A stretch of 64,000 nucleotides of DNA from Thermoplasmatota archaeon. Lineage in GTDB: Archaea; Thermoplasmatota; E2; DHVEG-1. A program made the translations under genes and the position numbers. Numbering within the stretch: the stretch's first letter is position 1; each line of letters begins with the position of its first letter. Below the pieces are notes generated by a model that was not told where the DNA came from, ran no database searches, and was given only the letters and a program-made list of their open reading frames with translations. Shown here piece by piece: positions 1 to 10,582 of the stretch. Where the stretch lies: positions 906 through 64,905 of the forward strand of contig JAWABU010000004.1 in NCBI GenBank assembly GCA_038884455.1, in the 5' to 3' direction.

Positions 1-324
1 ATGTTATTGGTAAAAAAGAATGATCTTATTGTTAGAGTTTTGAAGATAAGAGAAAGCGGATAATCATCCCGAGGATGAAAATAAAGCTTAACGTTGCAAG
101 GTAAAATAAAGTCATTTCCCATTTTTTTTGGAGAACCAAACCCATCCATCTCACCGTTACAAACAGCTATTTTTTATTCTTTTTTATACTTTTCTTTGTT
201 TTCTTTCGGCAAATGACGATGCATGTACTAGGAGGGGCAATATGACACCTTTTTATGCTCCTAGTGAATACTGAATTGCAATACCAGACCGATGTGGTTT
301 TCGTACAAGCGAGGTGTGTATGAG

Positions 325-762
325 ATGCAAGTAAGTGAAATCATGACAAAAAATGTGGTTACTATTGAATGTGATCAAACTGTTGTCAAAGCCTGTGAGC
401 GATATAAGCAGATGGGTGTAGGATGTCTCGTGGTTATGAAGGGGAATTTGATTGTTGGCATTCTCACTGAACGGGATATTATCGAGCGTGTCATCCTTGA
501 AGGAAGGGATCCGTATACCACTTCAGTTGATGCAATCATGACAAAAAATATCAAAACTATTCATGCGTCTGCACCTGTTGAAAAAGCAGCTGAGATGATG
601 AAGAAATATAGAATCAAAAAACTTCCCGTGGTTTTGAACAATGAGATTGTCGGTATTGTAACAGTCACTGATCTTGCAAATGCCCTTCCGAATGTGACCA
701 AGAACATGTTCCGAAAACAAGAACCATATAAATATATTCAGATCACATCAGAATCCTACTAA
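325..762 (+). CDS. Tandem CBS-domain protein
   Basis: Two CBS repeats (VSEIMTKNVVTI...LIVGILTERDI; IMTKNIKTI...IVGIVTVTDL). Start placed at ATG 325 behind GAGGTG. Confidence 0.9.
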   Translation: MQVSEIMTKNVVTIECDQTVVKACERYKQMGVGCLVVMKGNLIVGILTERDIIERVILEGRDPYTTSVDAIMTKNIKTIHASAPVEKAAEMMKKYRIKKLPVVLNNEIVGIVTVTDLANALPNVTKNMFRKQEPYKYIQITSESY

Positions 763-808
763 CGAGAACCTAAAATACTATATGTTCTAAAAAACAATCC
801 TCGTTATA

Positions 809-1384
809 TTATTTGTTGGCGAATGCTTGATTTTTAGTATATTCCCAATCTTTGTACAGGAGTTCTCGTTTTGATGATACTTGGTTTTCATCAGTGGTTT
901 CTGAAGAGAGTGCGTCAATGATGATTCCTTCTATGTCACGAAGGATGATCTCACTTTCATCCTCAGTATAATCGGTGGTGTAAATCTGACCGTTTTTGTA
1001 AATGATACCTTCTTCCGAGTTATACACTGGTTTTTTTCCAATGAGTAACTCAGGGTCGTAATCTTGAATGTCTTCAAGTTTTTTTAACTGATAAGCATCA
1101 TCAGCCATGCCAATCATGGTTCGGTAGATCTGTTGTTTTTTTAGATCATTTTCTCCTTTCATGGCATCTTGAAGAGCAGAGATAATTGCTGGGATATCTT
1201 GGGTTTCAGCTTCGAGTAATATTTTATGCCAAAACCAGTTGTACAGTTTGCTGCCACGAGCGTTGATATGTTCTGGTTTTTTTGCAGGGTAGAGAATGAT
1301 ACGGCCGTTGAGGGTTCGATGTTTTTTCCTCCACTCAGTTCTCTTTCGGTCAAGTTCTTGTTTCCGTGGGCTACTTTGGGTCAT
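809..1384 (-). CDS. Hypothetical protein (~191 aa)
   Basis: Open, protein-like ORF. Start placed at ATG 1384 to avoid overlap with the divergent ABC gene. No family recognised. Confidence 0.6.
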   Translation of the reverse strand: MTQSSPRKQELDRKRTEWRKKHRTLNGRIILYPAKKPEHINARGSKLYNWFWHKILLEAETQDIPAIISALQDAMKGENDLKKQQIYRTMIGMADDAYQLKKLEDIQDYDPELLIGKKPVYNSEEGIIYKNGQIYTTDYTEDESEIILRDIEGIIIDALSSETTDENQVSSKRELLYKDWEYTKNQAFANK

Positions 1385-1513
1385 ACCATAGAACTTATGA
1401 TGTTTATTTGATATAAACCTTGTGGCAGATGTTTTCTGACATATTTGAAAAAAAGTGTTAGTATCGAATGGTTTATATGAGTTTGAACGATTTCTTGGTC
1501 TGGGGAGGTCGAA

Positions 1514-2242
1514 GTGGTGGTTGAGGTTATCACCGTTGATCATCTGACAAAATATCATCATACAACGTGTGTTCTACATGACCTTAGTTTTTCGGTTCAA
1601 TCTGGTGAAGTTTTTGGACTTCTTGGGCCCGATGGTGCCGGGAAGACAACTCTTTTGCGAACGTTGCTTGGTTTTCTGAAACCAGATACCGGATGTATTC
1701 GGCTGTTCGATCTTCAGGTTCCTAACCATAGTTCAGTAATTAACACCGACATCGGCTACATTTCAAATCAGGTTTCATTTTATCGCTATGTCACTGGATA
1801 TCAGATGCTGTCGTATCTGTCGAAACTCCGTGGCAATGCTCTGTATGCATTTGATGAACTCGTACATCTATTTGAAATTCCACTGCATGAAAAGATACAT
1901 CGATATCATCCAGAACTGAAACAAAAACTGAATATCATCCAAGCATTCATGCATGAACCTGCAGTTGTTCTTATGGATGATCCAGTACGTCTGCTCAACG
2001 ATGAAGATCGAAAAATCTTTTTTTCACTACTAGCTGAGCAAAAAAAGAAAGGAGCAACCATGGTTTTTGCCTCTGGAGATTTTGACGAACTCGCGCTGAT
2101 CTGTGATCGAATTGGGTTGTTGCACAATGGTGTATTGCTTGTTGTTGATACTGTAGAGGGGTTGAGAAAAACCAAAGATACTCTGCTTGCTCCTGGCAAA
2201 AATGATGGGCAGACGTGTTTGTCTGCAGGGGAACACGTATGA
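1514..2242 (+). CDS. ABC transporter ATP-binding subunit with degenerate catalytic motifs
   Basis: Walker A GPDGAGKTT is intact. Signature is YHPELKQKL, Walker B is VLMDDP and the H-switch is ASGD. Confidence 0.85.
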   Translation: MVVEVITVDHLTKYHHTTCVLHDLSFSVQSGEVFGLLGPDGAGKTTLLRTLLGFLKPDTGCIRLFDLQVPNHSSVINTDIGYISNQVSFYRYVTGYQMLSYLSKLRGNALYAFDELVHLFEIPLHEKIHRYHPELKQKLNIIQAFMHEPAVVLMDDPVRLLNDEDRKIFFSLLAEQKKKGATMVFASGDFDELALICDRIGLLHNGVLLVVDTVEGLRKTKDTLLAPGKNDGQTCLSAGEHV

Positions 2243-3042
2243 ACCGAGGACTCGTGGTGATGATCCAAACACTTCGTGATCACGCAGCATTTGTTTTAGT
2301 TCTCATCGTTCTTTTCGTAGGAATTGCTGGTGTCGTGTTGACTGCATATCCAACGTTTTTTCCCGTTGAGAATACCGCGTTTTTTTTAGAGGATGAACAG
2401 TATTTTGAGACTTTTGATCAGAATCCTACGTTGAACCGTTCCTTTCTTCGTTTTAGCAGCCTGTTTTTTTATCAATGGTTTCTCATGCTCATCGGCGGAT
2501 GTATCATTGGATATGCGGCGTCTTTGTTGTTATCGCAAGAATTCCAGAAAAACACCTTGGATGTGTTACTGGCAACACCGTTATCTCGGAAAGAATTTGC
2601 GGTGGGAAAATTTCTCGGTTTTTGCTCTGCTCTTTTTATCATCAATATCGTTCTCATTGTGAGTGTCATAGTGATTATCCGTAGTCTTGGTGAAATAGTT
2701 GATATCAGTCGTTTGATGGTGATGCATGGTGTTCTTCTTCTCTATTTTTTTGCAGCGGCATCACTTGGTTTCTTGATTGCTTTATTTGCTGATACTGCGC
2801 AGAAATCAGGGATGATTACTGTTGGGATTCTGAGTGGTATGTTTTGTTGTGAACTTCTGAGTCGGAGTTTTTCTGACGTATCATGGCTTGGTTATCTTTC
2901 GCTACACCATTATTGTAATCCTGATCTTCTGTTACTTGACACTCATCTTGATCTGATCAGTCTTATCGTCTTACTTGTCTTCACCGCTGAATGTATTCTC
3001 CTGAGTCTCGTTGTTTTTATGAAAAAGGACATCTGGCATTGA
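2239..3042 (+). CDS. ABC-2 type exporter permease
   Basis: About six hydrophobic segments and an EFQKNTLDVLLATPLSR motif. ATGA overlap with the ATPase stop. Confidence 0.85.
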   Translation: MNRGLVVMIQTLRDHAAFVLVLIVLFVGIAGVVLTAYPTFFPVENTAFFLEDEQYFETFDQNPTLNRSFLRFSSLFFYQWFLMLIGGCIIGYAASLLLSQEFQKNTLDVLLATPLSRKEFAVGKFLGFCSALFIINIVLIVSVIVIIRSLGEIVDISRLMVMHGVLLLYFFAAASLGFLIALFADTAQKSGMITVGILSGMFCCELLSRSFSDVSWLGYLSLHHYCNPDLLLLDTHLDLISLIVLLVFTAECILLSLVVFMKKDIWH

Positions 3043-3143
3043 AAAACCTTCTAATTTTCATAGAAGCATCTCTGTTTCCTCAGGTTTTTTGACCAAAAAT
3101 TTATAATATATCTTAAATATCTATTCGGTGGGGGTATCTACTC

Positions 3144-5015
3144 ATGATGATAGTAAAAAAATGTTTATCCATGCTGGTTTGTCTTTTGTTATGTGTGATT
3201 GCATTGACTCCAGGTCAGGCTCACATTACTTCTGGTGAAAAACGAACGCAGGGTGATATTCATGGCAATGTTCGTGAGGAGACACCTGGATGCGGATGTC
3301 AGGATGAAGGTATATCGGACAGTATGAATCAGCAGTATTCAGAACATCATCAGTATCGAACTGGGCTTCTTGTAGGTGGTGAACCACTACCTGAAGGGGA
3401 GATAATCCTGGGGGACCCACCAGCAGCATGGGATTGGCGGTCTGCAACGTATGAAGGAGTCACAGGCGATTGGACAACTGATGTTCATAATCAGGGAAAT
3501 TGCGGGAGTTGTTATGCATTTGGGTCACTGGCTGCATTTGAATCAGTTATTAATATGAAAAAGAAAAATCCAAATTATGATATTGATCTGTCTGAGCAGT
3601 TTATGGTTTCCTGTGGTACGGAGTGGATGTCTGGCATTGAAGGATGTGATGGTGCCTATGCAACGCCGACGTATAATTTTTTAAAGACGTATGGTGCGAT
3701 CCCTGAGTCTTGTTTTCCGTATACGAGCAGCTCTGGTTCGGTTCCATCATGTTCTCAGAAATGTAGCAATTGGCAAAACCTCGTCATCAAAATTGATAGT
3801 TGGCATACCATTGCTGCTGATCAAACTTCAATTAAAAATGCTTTGATTCAGTACGGCCCGTTATCTGCAGGTATGGCTGTGTATTCAGATTTTTATGATT
3901 ACGATGGTGGTGTCTATGAACATCCAGGGAGTGATCCTGATCCAATTAATCATATGGTGTGTATTGTTGGGTATAATGATGCGCAGGGTTGTTGGATTGT
4001 GAAAAACAGCTGGGGATCTTGGTGGGGTGAGAATGGTTGGTTCCGGATAAAATATGGCGAATGTAAAATCGAACAAGCAGTTGTCTATTTTACGTATACT
4101 GATGTTTCTGGTCCACAGCTGAAAATACAAATGCATCGGATCAAAGCGTTGGGAAATATTGAAAACTGGTTTGAGGGTGGAGCTGATTGGTCGTATCAAA
4201 TATCGGTGAATGCTGGTCAGGGTTGGGTTGATCAGGTGAATGATGCGTATTCATCAAATGTCGATGATCAAACCCAAGATGTTGTTCATTCATTTAATGC
4301 TCGCGTTGTTGAACCTGAGATTCGCATTAAAGTCTGGGATCGCGACTCCTTGAGTGGGCATGATCTTGCAGATGTGAGCGGCTATGTTGGTGGAGGTGTT
4401 GATAACGATATCAGTGATGTTCGAGGTGCGATTTTTTATGGGAAATATAATATTGTGACGAACTCCTTTATTCCAATAGACACCATTCAAATTGATGGAG
4501 GTTTTATCACAACTTCAGGTACGTATGCCCCAGATAACAGTGCCAATAGCGATGCTGAGAATGATGCAATGGTTTGGTTTAAGGTATCTGATACGTATAC
4601 GCCGCCGGCTCCAAATCTCATGGTTGCAGGTTCGTTAAATGCCAGTGTCAAGTATGGGACAACCCATTTTTACCTTGGGTCGTTTACCGTGAAAAACATT
4701 GGTGTTGATCCTGAGGGTCTGAGTGATTCGTATCTCAACTGGGAGGTAGCTGCATATCCAAGCTGGGGTGCGAACTGGGAGTTTCAACCAGCAAATGGCG
4801 TGAATCTGAAATCAGGACAGACAGTTACCGTGAAAGTCTATGTCGATGTACCAACAGAAATGAATACTTTCACTGGTTCAATAAAAGTCTGGAACACTGC
4901 TGATCATAGTGATTACGGAATTATCTCTATAACTCTCAAAACACCACGACTATTAGATGGTTCAGGTTTTTCATTTCTTCGTTTCTTATTTCAGTACCGT
5001 TTGATGAAACAATGA
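3144..5015 (+). CDS. Secreted papain-family (C1A) cysteine peptidase with C-terminal beta domains
   Basis: Signal peptide; QGNCGSCYAFG, LSEQ, NHMVCIVGY and WIVKNSWG catalytic motifs. Confidence 0.92.
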   Translation: MMIVKKCLSMLVCLLLCVIALTPGQAHITSGEKRTQGDIHGNVREETPGCGCQDEGISDSMNQQYSEHHQYRTGLLVGGEPLPEGEIILGDPPAAWDWRSATYEGVTGDWTTDVHNQGNCGSCYAFGSLAAFESVINMKKKNPNYDIDLSEQFMVSCGTEWMSGIEGCDGAYATPTYNFLKTYGAIPESCFPYTSSSGSVPSCSQKCSNWQNLVIKIDSWHTIAADQTSIKNALIQYGPLSAGMAVYSDFYDYDGGVYEHPGSDPDPINHMVCIVGYNDAQGCWIVKNSWGSWWGENGWFRIKYGECKIEQAVVYFTYTDVSGPQLKIQMHRIKALGNIENWFEGGADWSYQISVNAGQGWVDQVNDAYSSNVDDQTQDVVHSFNARVVEPEIRIKVWDRDSLSGHDLADVSGYVGGGVDNDISDVRGAIFYGKYNIVTNSFIPIDTIQIDGGFITTSGTYAPDNSANSDAENDAMVWFKVSDTYTPPAPNLMVAGSLNASVKYGTTHFYLGSFTVKNIGVDPEGLSDSYLNWEVAAYPSWGANWEFQPANGVNLKSGQTVTVKVYVDVPTEMNTFTGSIKVWNTADHSDYGIISITLKTPRLLDGSGFSFLRFLFQYRLMKQ

Positions 5016-5285
5016 ACTATCTATCTTAGATGATGGAAAAAGTTAGGTACAATTCATATTAAAAAAAGAAATCAAGAAATCTATAGAATTTATCGATCAG
5101 ATAAAAAGGAATAGGATACACGAGGTGTTGCGGCCATAAAACACAGGTACTTCTATTTTTTTTTCAGAGAAAAAAACCAAATTAGATAAAAAGAACGTCA
5201 TAGGTTTTTCAGACAAACCCCTAAATCCTGCGATATCTTTAAATACTGTTTTTTATAATTAGTACAGTATCTACGGGGGATCTGT

Positions 5286-6146
5286 CTGAAATATATACCT
5301 GGTCTGTTTGGCATAGGAGTAGTTCTTCTCAGTGCGATTGCATCTGCGGTACATACTCAGCAAACCGTACCGCCAATTGTTGAAATGCTTAATGATGACG
5401 TACCGATTTGGTCAGTTGGTGATAGTTGGACGTATACAGTTTCTTCGTTTACCGTAGATTATGATGCAAATGGACAACGAGTGTATTGCACAGGTCGTAT
5501 CGATGAGGTCACGTTGACTGTTTCCAGTACGAGTGGAACAAACTACGTTGTTGACGTTACTGGTAAGATAACCTGCGGGTATTCTATCCATGTACGTTCA
5601 TCATCCTTGACTTTAGATATGGTCGGTTCTCTGAAACCATCGACAACGAAATTGGTCGGTTCGATGGTGTTTTCTAAATCAAATCTTCAGCCTGTTGATG
5701 GGACTGCTGTGATTAAGGGTATTTCAATGGCAAAGATTTTGCCGCTTCCTTTTGCAGTACCGCTGCCGATAAAGATATCGCTGGATGGCGACCTTTCACA
5801 ACCATTTCCGTTATTTCAATTTCCGCTGTATACTCATAAATTCTGGGAGATGCCAGATCTCCGGATTCAATCTAACATTAAAGCAGGTGGCATCTTTGGT
5901 TTGATCCAAATTCCGGTAACATTTACTACTCAGTATTCTTGGTTGCCACTTGCGTTCCACTGTGTAGATAAACAATCAATAAGTGTTCCTGCTGGAACGT
6001 ATACTGCTTGGCATATCACATCGACATTCTTTGATATGTTTGATTATTATTATGCACCAGCGGTTGGAAATCTAGTTAAAATTGATGCGGTTCTTCCTAA
6101 CGGAGAAGTTCATGCAGTGTTGAAATCAACGACATATTCAATATAA
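5286..6146 (+). CDS. Secreted hypothetical protein with C-terminal VPAGT(Y/F)-type beta domain
   Basis: The ORF extends upstream of ATG 5385 to a CTG at 5286 behind GGGGGA, adding a signal peptide (KYIPGLFGIGVVLLSAIASA). Contains SVPAGTYTAWHI...YYYAPAVGNLVK. Confidence 0.7.
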   Translation: MKYIPGLFGIGVVLLSAIASAVHTQQTVPPIVEMLNDDVPIWSVGDSWTYTVSSFTVDYDANGQRVYCTGRIDEVTLTVSSTSGTNYVVDVTGKITCGYSIHVRSSSLTLDMVGSLKPSTTKLVGSMVFSKSNLQPVDGTAVIKGISMAKILPLPFAVPLPIKISLDGDLSQPFPLFQFPLYTHKFWEMPDLRIQSNIKAGGIFGLIQIPVTFTTQYSWLPLAFHCVDKQSISVPAGTYTAWHITSTFFDMFDYYYAPAVGNLVKIDAVLPNGEVHAVLKSTTYSI

Positions 6147-6216
6147 AAAATAGACACATGAAGTGTTTGGCTATTGATATGAATATAATGAGGTAGAGTA
6201 AGGGGAAAAGAGAATT

Positions 6217-8079
6217 ATGAAAAAAATTGGAGCAATACTCTTAACAGGTTTAGTCCTTATGAGTGGACTTGGTGCTGCTGTATCATTTTCAAAACAACCA
6301 TCAAACATTGTTGAAAATGTCGTTTTTCAAAACATGGTGATTTCTGAAACCGAAACTAATACGATTGTTTCTTTGGATGTATCAAACAGCTGGGTGAAAA
6401 ACCCGGGAAAACCATTACTTCCTATGGTTCAGAAAACATATATTTTTCCGTTTGGTACACAGATTAATAGTGTTGATGTAATATTTGTCAACCCTCAAAT
6501 AATCCAGTTTTCAAAAGAGATTATTCCAGCACCCCTGGCTCAAACAGTGGTTCATGGAAAATTGATTTCTCAACAGCAAGATCAGACAACGAATACTGCT
6601 TTGTATCCTGAAACACCGTTCAGCTATTCTGTCTATGCTGGCATTAAGGGGACAACCCATGTTCTGTTTCTTGTCGTCTACCTGTATCCTATTCGATGTG
6701 ACATCCAAGATAAGATCTTATTTTTTTCAGATGAAGCTGCTCTTCGTATATCATATACGTTACCAGTGCAGCCAGTTTTTACTTCAGATGATTATGATCT
6801 TGTGATTATCGCACCTGAGGTTTTTTCAGAAGCATTGCAACCATTAGTTGAACATAAAAATAGTCATGGTGTTTCAGCGTTTTTGAAGACTGTTGAATCA
6901 ATCTATGCTGAGTATACTGGTGTTGATGAACCTGAACAAATCAAGTATTTTATCAAAGATGCTGTTGAAACCATGGGTGTTGATTATGTGTTGCTTGTCG
7001 GTGGCCAAAAGGGGCAACGGCGATCGTGGTATGTTCCGGTTCGGTATGCAAATCTTGACGATAACTCAGATTTTGAAACTAGTTATGTAAGCGATTTGTA
7101 TTATGCTGATATCTATGATGCCGGTGGTAATTTTTCAAGCTGGGATCCTAATGGGAATGGAATTTTTGCTGAATGGAAAGATGGAACAAAAGAAATCCTT
7201 GATCTTGTTCCTGATGTGTATCTTGGTAGGATTCCCTGTCGTAGTGTGTACTTCGTGAAAATCATGGTTGATAAAATTATCACCTATGAGACGAATGCTG
7301 CTGGAAAATCCTGGTTTAATGATATGGTGGTTGTTGGTGGTGATTCAGCACCTGGAGACCTGTATTATGAGGGTGAAGAGGAAAATAAAAAAGCATTGGA
7401 GTACATGGATTTTTTTAATGGTGTTTCCTGTTGGACATCTGATGAGACATTAACTGGACCGCAAAGTGTTATTGATGCGGTATCTCAGGGTTGTGGTTTT
7501 CTGTTTTTTGATGGTCATGGGAATCCATCAGTGTGGTCAACGCATCCACCTAATAATGAAAGTGTGTGGATTACTGGTTTGAGTAATCGTGATATGCGCA
7601 AGCTTCGAAATGGCGATAAACTCCCGGTTTGTGTTGTTGGCGGGTGTCATAATGCTCAGTTTAATACAAGTTTGATGCGTATCCTTGAAGGTATTAAAAG
7701 TGAGGGTTTTAATTTTTTCAAACGTTCGTTTTATTATAAAGACTGGGTTCCTGAATGTTGGGCTTGGAAAATGGTGCAGGTAAAACGAGGTGGTGCAATT
7801 GCGGTCATGGGATATACTGGTCTTGACTGGTTTGCTACAGGTGATTATACTAGTGATGGCATTCCTGATTGTACCCAGTTTTTTTCAGGGTATGCAAATA
7901 CTCATTTTTTCAAAAACTATGGAGTAAATGATATCACTGTTCTGGGGCAGACACATACACAGACACTTGTTGATTATATCATCGATAACCCGCCGATGAG
8001 TGAACCGCTTGATTGTAAAACAGTTCAAGAATTCGTACTGCTTGGTGATCCAAGTCTTCAGATCGGTGGGTATGTTTAA
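6217..8079 (+). CDS. Secreted gingipain-like C25 cysteine peptidase with propeptide
   Basis: Signal peptide; PGKPLLP propeptide; YVLLVGG, SDLYYADI, PDVYLGRIP; His/Cys dyad motifs DGHGNP and GGCHNAQF; LLGDPSL. Confidence 0.92.
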   Translation: MKKIGAILLTGLVLMSGLGAAVSFSKQPSNIVENVVFQNMVISETETNTIVSLDVSNSWVKNPGKPLLPMVQKTYIFPFGTQINSVDVIFVNPQIIQFSKEIIPAPLAQTVVHGKLISQQQDQTTNTALYPETPFSYSVYAGIKGTTHVLFLVVYLYPIRCDIQDKILFFSDEAALRISYTLPVQPVFTSDDYDLVIIAPEVFSEALQPLVEHKNSHGVSAFLKTVESIYAEYTGVDEPEQIKYFIKDAVETMGVDYVLLVGGQKGQRRSWYVPVRYANLDDNSDFETSYVSDLYYADIYDAGGNFSSWDPNGNGIFAEWKDGTKEILDLVPDVYLGRIPCRSVYFVKIMVDKIITYETNAAGKSWFNDMVVVGGDSAPGDLYYEGEEENKKALEYMDFFNGVSCWTSDETLTGPQSVIDAVSQGCGFLFFDGHGNPSVWSTHPPNNESVWITGLSNRDMRKLRNGDKLPVCVVGGCHNAQFNTSLMRILEGIKSEGFNFFKRSFYYKDWVPECWAWKMVQVKRGGAIAVMGYTGLDWFATGDYTSDGIPDCTQFFSGYANTHFFKNYGVNDITVLGQTHTQTLVDYIIDNPPMSEPLDCKTVQEFVLLGDPSLQIGGYV

Positions 8080-8094
8080 AACAGGGTGATTGCA

Positions 8095-10359
8095 ATGAAC
8101 AAGAAAATAGTTCCCTTTATTCTTTTCTTTTTGCTTCTTTTTAGTTCTTGTGTTGGTGCAGGTTTTTTTTCGTTGCAGTCGTCAGATCCAACGATGTTAG
8201 TTCGAGTTGATCTGAGCATGCAACAGGTTGTGTTACCTCGGGGTGTGGAAATAGCAAGCATGGTTCCTGAGAGTTATGTTGATATTTTTATCCAACAGAG
8301 CCGTCTTTCAGAACTTCGAGAAAAAACATCAGCATATCGTGTTCTGATTGAAGATGTTGATCTGTATAGTAGTCAGTTTATTGGTCAGTATCACACCCTT
8401 GCACAAATCGAACAAATCCTTGCTGACACGGCTGCAAGCTACCCGTCGATCACCAAATTAACAAGTATTGGATCAACCTATGAGGGTCGAAATATTTATT
8501 GTCTTGAAATTTCTGATAATCCTGGTGTTGATGAAGACGAACCAGGTGTACTCTTTATGGGTTTGCACCATGCACGCGAATGGCCGACGGTTGAGATATG
8601 TTTGTATATTCTCAGTCAGTTAACTTCACAGTATGGAAGTGATTCGATGTTGACAAACCTGGTAGATACTCGTCGTGTTTGGATTGTTCCTTGTGTGAAT
8701 CCTGATGGGTATTACTACTGTCATGATCAGGGTCATGACTGGCGGAAAAACCGGCAGTATTTCTCCCAGTTTGGAACCATAGGTGTTGATCTGAATAGGA
8801 ATTATGATGGTACGTGTAATGGTGAACCTATGGGTGCATGGGGATCTGTGATGAATGGAGCAGCAACGCATTCACCTAATCAAGAAACCTATTGCGGTCC
8901 AGCTGCTTTTTCCGAGTATGAAACCCAAGCTATTAAAAACATGTTTCTAACCAATGATATTTGCGCTTCGATTAGCTGGCATACCTATTCTGAATTGGTT
9001 CTCTGGCCGTGGGGGTATGCAACCAACGAACAGACACCAGATAATACGTATCTGAAACAAGTTGGTCAGGGTATTGCTGCTCGTATCACCAAGCAATCTG
9101 GTTCTGGTACGTATACCCCGCAGCAAAGCGCAGCGTTGTATCCAACCACCGGTGATACTGATGACTGGGCATATGGCTATGCACATTATATTCAGGGAAG
9201 AAATACGTTTGCATATACAATTGAAGCTTGTTCTCAGTTTCAACCACCAGCCTCCAAGCTTGATCAGATATGTGCTGAGAATTTTGATGGTGCACTGTTT
9301 CTTCTAAAGGAAGCTGCAAATATAAGTGCACTGATCCCACGACCATTGCCACCGGTTCTCACTGTACCTTCGAGTGATCCTGATGGGAACTATCTTGTTT
9401 CATGGACTGAGCAGAACCCTTCTGCTGGTGTTGATTGTTTTCAGCTTGATGAACTCAGTCGTTTTCATGTTTTAGTTGATGATGCAGAATCATCAGAGAT
9501 TCAATGGACTTTGATTGGTTTTACCAAAAGTTCAGATCAGATGCATTCCGGTACACAAAGCTACAAAGCCAAGAATCAGAATAATTATGTTTCTTCAATG
9601 ACCAGTAACTATGCAATGCCGGTTACGAGTGGTATGATTTTGTCGTTTTGGACATGGTATAGCATTGAGAATCAATGGGATTATGCGTTTGTTGAGGTGA
9701 GCCGTGATGGGCGGAAGTATGACGTCCTTGATGCGTATACTGGTTCCTCATCAGGTTGGGTGCAGAAACAATATGATCTCAGTAGTTATGCTGATAACTC
9801 GGTTTTTATCAGGTTGCGATATACGACTGATGATGAAACGCTCGGGTCTGGTTTTTATGTTGATGATATCAGCCCGGTTCCAGTGTTTGACCAGAGTGTG
9901 ACGCTTTCTGATACTATTGGGGATACATCATTTGAGGTTTCTGGCAAAGCAAATGGGACGTATTACTATCGTGTCCGAGCTCATAATACTGTTCGTGGGT
10001 GGGGTGACTATAGCATGCTTCAAAAAATACTGGTTGGTAGTGGTGAGGATACCCAGCCGCCCAGTGTTCAGATCATGGTTCCTGCTGAGAAAAAACTGTA
10101 TCTTGGATCAAGGATGTTTCCGTTTTTTGTAACCCTTGTGATTGGGCGTATCACCGTTGAGGTTAGTGCTGTGGATGCATCTGGGATTGATCAGGTTGAG
10201 TTTTATCTAGATGGTATATTTGTTGGAAATGATACCGAGGAACCATATACCTATGCATGGGTGCAGAAAAGCTTTGGGAAACATGTTGTAGCAGTGATTG
10301 CTGTTGATACGTATGCAAATCAGGCTTCACAGGAAATAGCCGTGTGGAAGTTTTTCTGA
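8095..10359 (+). CDS. Secreted M14 zinc carboxypeptidase with C-terminal beta-sandwich/FN3/Ig-like domains
   Basis: HHAREW, NPDG, WRKNR, GVDLNRNY, SWHTYSE and YTIE motifs. Confidence 0.92.
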   Translation: MNKKIVPFILFFLLLFSSCVGAGFFSLQSSDPTMLVRVDLSMQQVVLPRGVEIASMVPESYVDIFIQQSRLSELREKTSAYRVLIEDVDLYSSQFIGQYHTLAQIEQILADTAASYPSITKLTSIGSTYEGRNIYCLEISDNPGVDEDEPGVLFMGLHHAREWPTVEICLYILSQLTSQYGSDSMLTNLVDTRRVWIVPCVNPDGYYYCHDQGHDWRKNRQYFSQFGTIGVDLNRNYDGTCNGEPMGAWGSVMNGAATHSPNQETYCGPAAFSEYETQAIKNMFLTNDICASISWHTYSELVLWPWGYATNEQTPDNTYLKQVGQGIAARITKQSGSGTYTPQQSAALYPTTGDTDDWAYGYAHYIQGRNTFAYTIEACSQFQPPASKLDQICAENFDGALFLLKEAANISALIPRPLPPVLTVPSSDPDGNYLVSWTEQNPSAGVDCFQLDELSRFHVLVDDAESSEIQWTLIGFTKSSDQMHSGTQSYKAKNQNNYVSSMTSNYAMPVTSGMILSFWTWYSIENQWDYAFVEVSRDGRKYDVLDAYTGSSSGWVQKQYDLSSYADNSVFIRLRYTTDDETLGSGFYVDDISPVPVFDQSVTLSDTIGDTSFEVSGKANGTYYYRVRAHNTVRGWGDYSMLQKILVGSGEDTQPPSVQIMVPAEKKLYLGSRMFPFFVTLVIGRITVEVSAVDASGIDQVEFYLDGIFVGNDTEEPYTYAWVQKSFGKHVVAVIAVDTYANQASQEIAVWKFF

Positions 10360-10444
10360 AACAATCCTTTTTTCTTTTCTTCCATGTTAGTTTTTTCATT
10401 TTATGGTGTTGCAGTTTTTTTGTCGAATGGAGTATTTTTACTGC

Positions 10445-10498
10445 TTTTTCCGTCAAAACGATAAAAAAAACACGTTTTTTGGAATTTTGACGGAAAAA
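10445..10498. promoter_or_regulatory. Perfect 14-bp inverted repeat (candidate operator/cruciform) upstream of wHTH gene
   Basis: TTTTTCCGTCAAAA (10445-10458) and TTTTGACGGAAAAA (10485-10498). The 26-bp spacer holds a second small dyad, AAAAAAC/GTTTTTT. Confidence 0.5.
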
Positions 10499-10582
10499 AC
10501 CGTAGTAGGGTTTTATGTTTCTCTGAAATAATATTGTTTTTTATGGGACTACATTTGAAAACGAAACCTTGGAGGAATACCT

